A stretch of 64,000 nt of DNA from Eledone cirrhosa (taxonomy: Eukaryota): assembly GCA_964016885.1 (NCBI GenBank), contig OZ024741.1, forward strand, positions 114,328,001 through 114,392,000, written 5' to 3'. The translations under genes and the position numbers were made by a program. Below, piece after piece: positions 55,240-64,000 of the stretch (position 1 is the first letter of the stretch; each line of letters starts with the position of its first letter). The notes beneath the pieces are model-generated. The model had not been told where the DNA came from. It searched no databases and saw nothing but the letters and a program-made list of their open reading frames with translations.

Positions 55240-55240
<1 letters not shown>
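54624..55240 (+). mobile_element. Truncated PLE-type 3' end with a ~52-bp inverted terminus
   Basis: 54624-54675 is the reverse complement of 55189-55240; HHR; (TA)n. Confidence 0.65.
55141..55207 (+). ncRNA. Hammerhead ribozyme, canonical core
   Basis: ttttat-CTGATGA-aaacacaaatatta...tgatatttgttttt-GAAA-tgcgca-TA-ataaaa. Confidence 0.78.
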
Positions 55241-55291
<51 letters not shown>

Positions 55292-55302
55292 TATATATAT
55301 AT

Positions 55303-57721
<2,419 letters not shown>

Positions 57722-57722
<1 letters not shown>

Positions 57723-59105
57723 GGAGTGAAACAGGGGGATATTCCAGCACCGACCCTATTTGCCATATAATTTGCGATGGTTTTCTATATTGTGTTCAGG
57801 AATTGCAAGCATGGTGTTTACATCTACTATCGAACCTCTTGCAGCATATTCAACATTAGGCGCTTTGTTGCAAAAACAAAAGTATTTACCTCTATTATAA
57901 GTGACCTTTTGTATGCAACTGATTGCGATCTTGTAGCGCACTCAGAGATTGATATGCAGCACATTTCGAATGCATTTTCTGATGCTTGCACTGCCCTAAG
58001 ATTCACTATCAGTCTCAAGAAAACCGTTGCCATGTACCAACCTGCTCCTAGTAAGCAGTACAATGAACCAAATATCTATATGTATGGTAAACGACTTGGA
58101 GTGGTTGATCATTTTGTCTATCTGGGAAGCACTGTCAATCGATACAGCAATCTTGATAATGAAATTCCACACAGGATTAGGAAAGCAAGTGATGCATTCG
58201 GAAAGCTAGAAAGGCGCCTCTGGGGTCGGTTAGACATATGCAAGAAGACAAAGGTAAAGGTGTACAAGGCATATGAGGCTCTCTTCTCTTCTTTATGCTT
58301 GCGAGACCTAGGTTATATATCGACACCACCTTAAACAGTTGGAACGTTTCCATAAGATGTGTAACAGACGGATCCATGGCGTTCACTGGAGGGACCACAT
58401 CAGGGATGTCAATATTTTGGAAAGCTCTCTGTGTGAAAGCATAGAAGCTCTTGTGCTTAATCAAAGACTCCGATTGAGTAGTTACTTGCCAGGAGGAAAT
58501 ATTCTAGGATATCAAAACAACTCTTTTATGGAGAGTTAGTTAAAGGAAAACGACCTCCACATAAACCCAAAAAAGAGGTATAAGCATTCGTTCAAAGCCT
58601 CCTTGAAAGACGCTGAGATCTCTGCTGATACATGGGAAAGCGTAGCTGCTAATCGTAATAAATGGAGAAAGACTGTACACGAGGGGAAAGTTGCTTTTGA
58701 AGCATCTCGAATCGCAATCGAGAAAGTAAAAAGGGATGTGAGGAAGGGCATTGCTGTTTCATTTCCAGACAGCGAAGGTCCTCCTATGGCGATGACATGC
58801 AGCGTCTGTGCGAGACTCTGCCTCAGCAAAGCTGGGCTCGAAAGTCATCTTCGCAGTCATAAAGTGAGAACGGTGGTTGACTACCAGGCTGCTGTCGGAG
58901 GTGCTATGCATCATACCTGTCTAGTATGTAAAAAAGTGTGTAGATTGTGTAGATCAGCAGGAGGTTTCAAATGATATGCAAAAGTACATGAACTCCAACC
59001 ACAACCGGCTACTGCCAGTGAATGTTTTGGTTGCCAACTCTGTGCAAGACATTTTAAATCATTGGCTGGGCTAAAAAGCCACATTCGATCGCACCACCGT
59101 TAATT
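57722..59105 (+). mobile_element. 5'-truncated RTE-clade LINE with three C-terminal C2H2 zinc fingers
   Basis: GVKQGDIPAPTLF, DLLYATDC, TISLKKT, FVYLGS, RIRKASDAFGKL; CSVC..HLRSH, CLVC.., CQLC..HIRSH. Confidence 0.85.
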
Positions 59106-59198
59106 ATTAATATGTATGTGTGTTCTTTCTTCTTTCTTTGAAACTTCATCTGGCTTAGGAAATAATTTCTACACTCAGTTAATGTTTGAATGACTTAA

Positions 59199-59236
<38 letters not shown>

Positions 59237-59318
59237 GCATATATTTGACAAAATAGTTAATTCCATATAAGGTAACAGTTATAAAAATATTCATTCACTT
59301 TTACCTTTTACTTCTCTG

Positions 59319-59414
<96 letters not shown>

Positions 59415-59825
59415 TTAAATAGAATGTGTGTGTGTGTGGGTGGTGGGATCATATATAGTTTTCTCTGACAGTCTACTTGTAGAGTGCCATTATTATTCTT
59501 TCAATAATATCTTTTCATACACCAGAGTAAACAATGTACGAAATGTTATTTTGCATTGAAATCATAATCTAAACAATTTTTTTTTCTCTGTAAATTGATT
59601 TCCCTTTCTGTGTGTGTGTGTATATATATATATGAAGGCAGAATAATAATACAAATAACACGAATGAAACAGAGGATAATATAGAGACCGCCACGATCGT
59701 TAGCACAGTGATATATGTCTGGACAATATAAACGGAGATCAAAGCAAATATTATCACATTTAAAATTGTGCAATTGTCCAAACGTCGTCGTTGAAGATAA
59801 ATGACGTTTTTTTAAATATATAAAG

Positions 59826-59912
59826 TAGTGGGTTTTATCATTGTACACAAATACACACACATGTATGTATGTATGTATATATGTGTGTGTATTTGTGTAC
59901 AATGATAAAACC

Positions 59913-59917
<5 letters not shown>
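59826..59917. repeat. 92-bp palindrome with a (TATG)n loop
   Basis: tagtgggttttatcattgtacacaaatacacacaca / tgtgtgtgtatttgtgtacaatgataaaacccacta. Confidence 0.85.
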
Positions 59918-59986
<69 letters not shown>

Positions 59987-60273
59987 ATATTTATATATAT
60001 GTATATGCATTACATGTATATTTACATTCATGCCTATATACAAAACACACACACACACACGGTCACTCACACACACACATTTTATATTTTTTCACACGAT
60101 ACTCAGTGCAAATGTAGTGTATTGGTTGAAGTTCACTAGTTTTCCATCGCACCAGACTATCAATGGATATTGTTAGATTGAATCTGAATCTGAACAAATA
60201 GTTGTTTTTTCTTTCACGCTTTCAGCGCTGATATCTAACATCCGGCGGATGCTAGTCTCTTCTGCAAATAAAG

Positions 60274-60310
<37 letters not shown>

Positions 60311-60359
60311 TCTCTCTCTCCCTCCTCTCTCTCATCTCTCTCCCCTCTCTCTCTCTCCC

Positions 60360-60439
<80 letters not shown>

Positions 60440-60440
<1 letters not shown>

Positions 60441-60888
60441 TGAAATTTCGTTTCATTCTATTCCATTTATCGTCTTCGGTGCGCCCAGCCAACTGAACTC
60501 ACTTGATATGCAAATTAGGCTGCTCAGCCGTTAATATGCATAAGGAAAGTATAAACTTTCAGACGTTCAACCATCTGGCAGAAAGGTATACGATGCTGAC
60601 GATAGCTAATAAGCTCGAAACTAGTACATCGTTCCTGTGTCAGTGTTGAACAAAAAGGTGACGTGGTTGCCTAAACACTGTACGGCGTAATTCGGACCGA
60701 GCATTATAATAAATGCTCGGTAAACCGATACGTGCATATATATATGTGTGCATGTATGTATATATATACATACTACTGTACATCTGTATACATATATGTA
60801 TGTACGTATACATACATACATACTTACATTTAAGTAAGTGCCGTACTAGGAGTGAGAAATGAAATTTCGTTTCATTCTATTCCATTTA
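60440..60888 (+). mobile_element. Non-coding HHR unit, 419-bp period with 30-bp terminal redundancy (retrozyme-like)
   Basis: atgaaatttcgtttcattctattccattta at 60440 and 60859; internal HHR. Confidence 0.68.
60590..60632 (+). ncRNA. Hammerhead ribozyme, canonical core
   Basis: acgatg-CTGACGA-tagct-aata-agctc-GAAA-ctag-TA-catcgt. Confidence 0.82.
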
Positions 60889-60904
60889 AATATATATATA
60901 TAAA

Positions 60905-62645
60905 TATATATAGATAATTTAATATATCAACTAACATAAGCGCACAGATGCACGCCCATGTCAGCAAATACACAGGTTATGTCATAGTACCTAGGTGGTT
61001 CAATGCAGGAGGATGCAGAACAATAATATAAAAGACGTAAAATAAGAAAATCTTTTTCAAAAAATTTATAAAAAAATGTTTTCTTATTTACTTAAATTTT
61101 CACTCCAACTAATTAGTTTCTGCAATGGGATAAAGACAGTTACGTAATCCAACTGTCGAGAATTCATTGCGTCATCGGGGAGTCTATTCTCAGCTAAGTC
61201 TCCAGGCAATGCGCGGACACTGGCAGCTCATATAAAAATAATAATTCGGTAGATAGAACAGCTGGCGAGGTCTGAATTCTATGTACTGAAATCCTGACTG
61301 CTTCTAGTCAAATGGCCGATTCTAAAGAATCAATCACGTGACACAGAGGCTAGTTAGAAGGAATGGGATGGTAAGATGTCTGACGCCTACTAACACCCCC
61401 CCAAAAAATTTTTTTTAGAAGTGGTTTGGGCAGGTTTGCTCGACAAATCAGTGATTTGGAGATAAATATAGATAATTTAATATATCAACTAACATAAGCG
61501 CACAGATGCACACCCATGTCAGCAAATACACAGGTTATGTCATAGTACCTAGGTGGTTCAATGCAGGAGGATGCAGAACAATAATATAAAAGACGTAAAA
61601 TAAGAAAATCTTTTTCAAAAAATTTATAAAAAAATGTTTTCTTATTTACTTAAATTTTCACTCCAACTAATTAGTTTCTGCAATGGGATAAAGACAGTTA
61701 CGTAATCCAACTGTCGAGAATTCATTGCGTCATCGGGGAGTCTATTCTCAGCTAAGTCTCCAGGCAATGCGCGGACACTGGCAGCTCATATAAAAATAAT
61801 AATTCGGTAGATAGAACAGCTGGCGAGGTCTGAATTCTATGTACTGAAATCCTGACTGCTTCTAGTCAAATGGCCGATTCTAAAGAATCAATCACGTGAC
61901 ACAGAGGCTAGTTAGAAGGAATGGGATGGTAAGATGACTGACGCCTACTAACACCCCCCCACAAAAATTTTTTTTAGAAGTGGTTTGGGCAGGTTTGCTC
62001 GACAAATCAGTGATTTGGAGTAAATAAGAAAAAATGTTTTTATAAATTTTTTGAAAAAGATTTTCTTATTTTACGTCTTTTATATTATTGTTCTGCATCC
62101 TCCTGCATTGAACCACCTAGGTACTATGACATAACCTGTGTATTTGCTGACATGGGCGTGCATCTGTGCGCTTATGTTAGTTGATATATTAAATTATCTA
62201 TATTTATCTCCAAATCACTGATTTGTCGAGCAAACCTGCCCAAACCACTTCTAAAAAAAATTTTTTTGGGGGGTGTTAGTAGACGTCAGTCATCTTACCA
62301 TCCCATTCCTTCTAACTAGCCTCTGTGTCACGTGATTGATTCTTTAGAATCGGCCATTTGACTAGAAGCAGTCAGGATTTCAGTACATAGAATTCAGTCC
62401 TCGCCAGCTGTTCTATCTACCGAATTATTATTTTTATATGAGCCGCCAGTGTCCGCGCATTGCCTGGAGACTTAGCTGAGAATAGACTCCCCGATGACGC
62501 AATGAATTCTAGACAGTTGGATTACGTAACTGTCTTTATCCCATTGCAGAAACTAATTAGTTGGAGTGAAAATTTAAGTAAATAAGAAAAAATTTGTTTA
62601 TAAAAATTTTTTGAAAAAGATTTTCTTATTTTACGTCTTTTATAT
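60905..62645. mobile_element. 558-bp HHR-containing tandem unit: two direct copies plus ~1.1 inverted copies (retrozyme-like)
   Basis: Copies in register at 60911 and 61469; inversion from ~62020; no ORF; (TA)n on both sides. Confidence 0.8.
62486..62567 (+). ncRNA. Hammerhead ribozyme, CCGAUGA core, GUU site (minus-strand copies at 61102-61183 and 61660-61741)
   Basis: actcc-CCGATGA-cgcaatg..[gacagtt/aactgtc hairpin]..cattgca-GAAA-ctaattag-TT-ggagt. Confidence 0.75.
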
Positions 62646-62665
62646 ATATATATATATATATATAA

Positions 62666-63275
62666 CAAAGGTATATATTGAGTTAGAAACTCAAAATAGT
62701 CTCTTACAATAAAATAGCTCTAGGAAAGAGATTTTTCCGAGCCGTATATTATAATTAAATATAAAAGAAAGACGAACACAGATATATATACATATATGTG
62801 TTCAAATCGTAAGTGACCAGATTCGCTAAGGTGAAAAGAATACTAACTATAGACAATAGGCTTTGCCTGACTCAATTTAAGAATAAATCAAGAAAATAAA
62901 TACAACCGGAATTGTGGTAACTACCAATCACCCAGACAGCTTTTGGTACTGCTGTTTCGCAATATTAATTGTGAATAGGAATGCCAATTCTTGCTCATCA
63001 TAGAAGAATTAGTAACCTAGACACTGCTAAGTATATTAAGAAACTGAATAGTATGCGTATATATAACAACGCACATGGTATCTGAACTTAGCACGTCCCA
63101 CAAACTTACACCACTAAAAATAGCAGCCAGGTTTATTCGACATTTGAATTAGCACAACAAATTAACGGAGCCGAATATATCAAAGCTATATATTGAGTTA
63201 GAAACTCAAAATAGTTTCTTACAATAAAATAGCTCCAGGAAAGAGATTTTTCCGAGCCGTATATTATAATTGAAT
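62666..63275 (-). mobile_element. Non-coding, terminally redundant unit (period ~515 bp) with a decayed HHR at 62941-63007
   Basis: 62666-62760 is repeated at 63181-63275; minus strand ATGATGA-gcaa...ttgc-GAAA-cagcag-TA. Confidence 0.5.
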
Positions 63276-63277
63276 AT

Positions 63278-64000
63278 TCCTGGTTCTGACTTCCTTATCC
63301 ACCAACGCTTCCCACTTTATCCTGTAGGTCGCCCTGGACCAGCCACTTTTGTGGGCCTATTTGGCTATAGGTAGTTTAACGTTGCAAATAACTAGATGAT
63401 GATCAGTTGATAACTCAGCCCCTCTCTTAACACGAACATCCAGTGTTCAGAGACAATAACAATATCGATTATTGATCTCTGTCCCTGATTCCCCTTATTC
63501 TATGTATATTTATGGATATCTCTGTGCTGGAAGAAAATGTTCATAATAGAAAGCCCATTGCTAGACCAGAAGTCTAATAAGACCTCTCCATTCGTATTTA
63601 GAGTGGGGTAGCCGTTCCTTCCAATAACTACTTTCCATTTCGGGTGGTCAGTGGCAACATGTGCATTGAAGTCTCCCATCAGGATATATGACTCAGTCTT
63701 AACTACATCTAACGTTGGAGTAATTTCATCAAGGGAGAACCTGTATTCGGACTCCTTTTTTGAGGCAGAAAATTGCACCACCCACAGAGACCTATCTTTC
63801 AGCTTACGATTCAAAAGGCAAATCCTCCATCCTAACGGGATCCAGTCTATAACACATTCTGGCAGATGATGGCTTGTGAGTATCCCTACTCCCGCCTGTG
63901 CAGTTATTTCTGGTGCCACACCTGAATAGTGGAGTTTCCATTCTCCATCCAAATATATAGTATCAGAGCCATGGAAACCCCGACTATATCTAGCCGGTAG
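63278..64000 (-). mobile_element. LINE apurinic-like endonuclease domain fragment (RTE-like)
   Basis: LHYSGV..AGVGIL, ILMGDFNAHV, NGEVLLDF, SIIDIVIV, STDHHLV. Confidence 0.85.

Noticed and set aside
59640-59810. Possible hammerhead around palindrome acgatcgt
   Set aside because: Neither core strand is recognisable

Overview
Repeat-saturated, AT-rich animal genomic DNA with no recognisable host protein-coding gene. The SINE family, the Dong/R4, RTE and Penelope content and the (TA)n density suggest an octopus or other cephalopod (inference). The window holds decayed or truncated copies of a Ty3/gypsy pol, a near-full-length Dong/R4 LINE, Tx1/L1, CRE-like and RTE LINEs, a mariner, an autonomous-type Helitron plus two non-autonomous ones, many tRNA-derived SINEs, and at least 7 Penelope-like element (PLE) insertions, most sitting in (TA)n tracts with inverted 3' ends. 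The main signal missed by the ORF track is about 21 minimal type-I hammerhead ribozyme (HHR) motifs from about 13 sequence families, folded by eye. Most have a palindromic stem III, and several carry recurrent core variants (UUGAAAA = U3:A8 covariation; CCGAUGA = U4C). Four families sit in non-coding tandem or terminally redundant units of about 419, 487, 515 and 558 bp, which look like retrozymes (self-cleaving, probably circular-RNA, non-autonomous retroelements). All folds and boundaries are manual readings and need computational or experimental confirmation.
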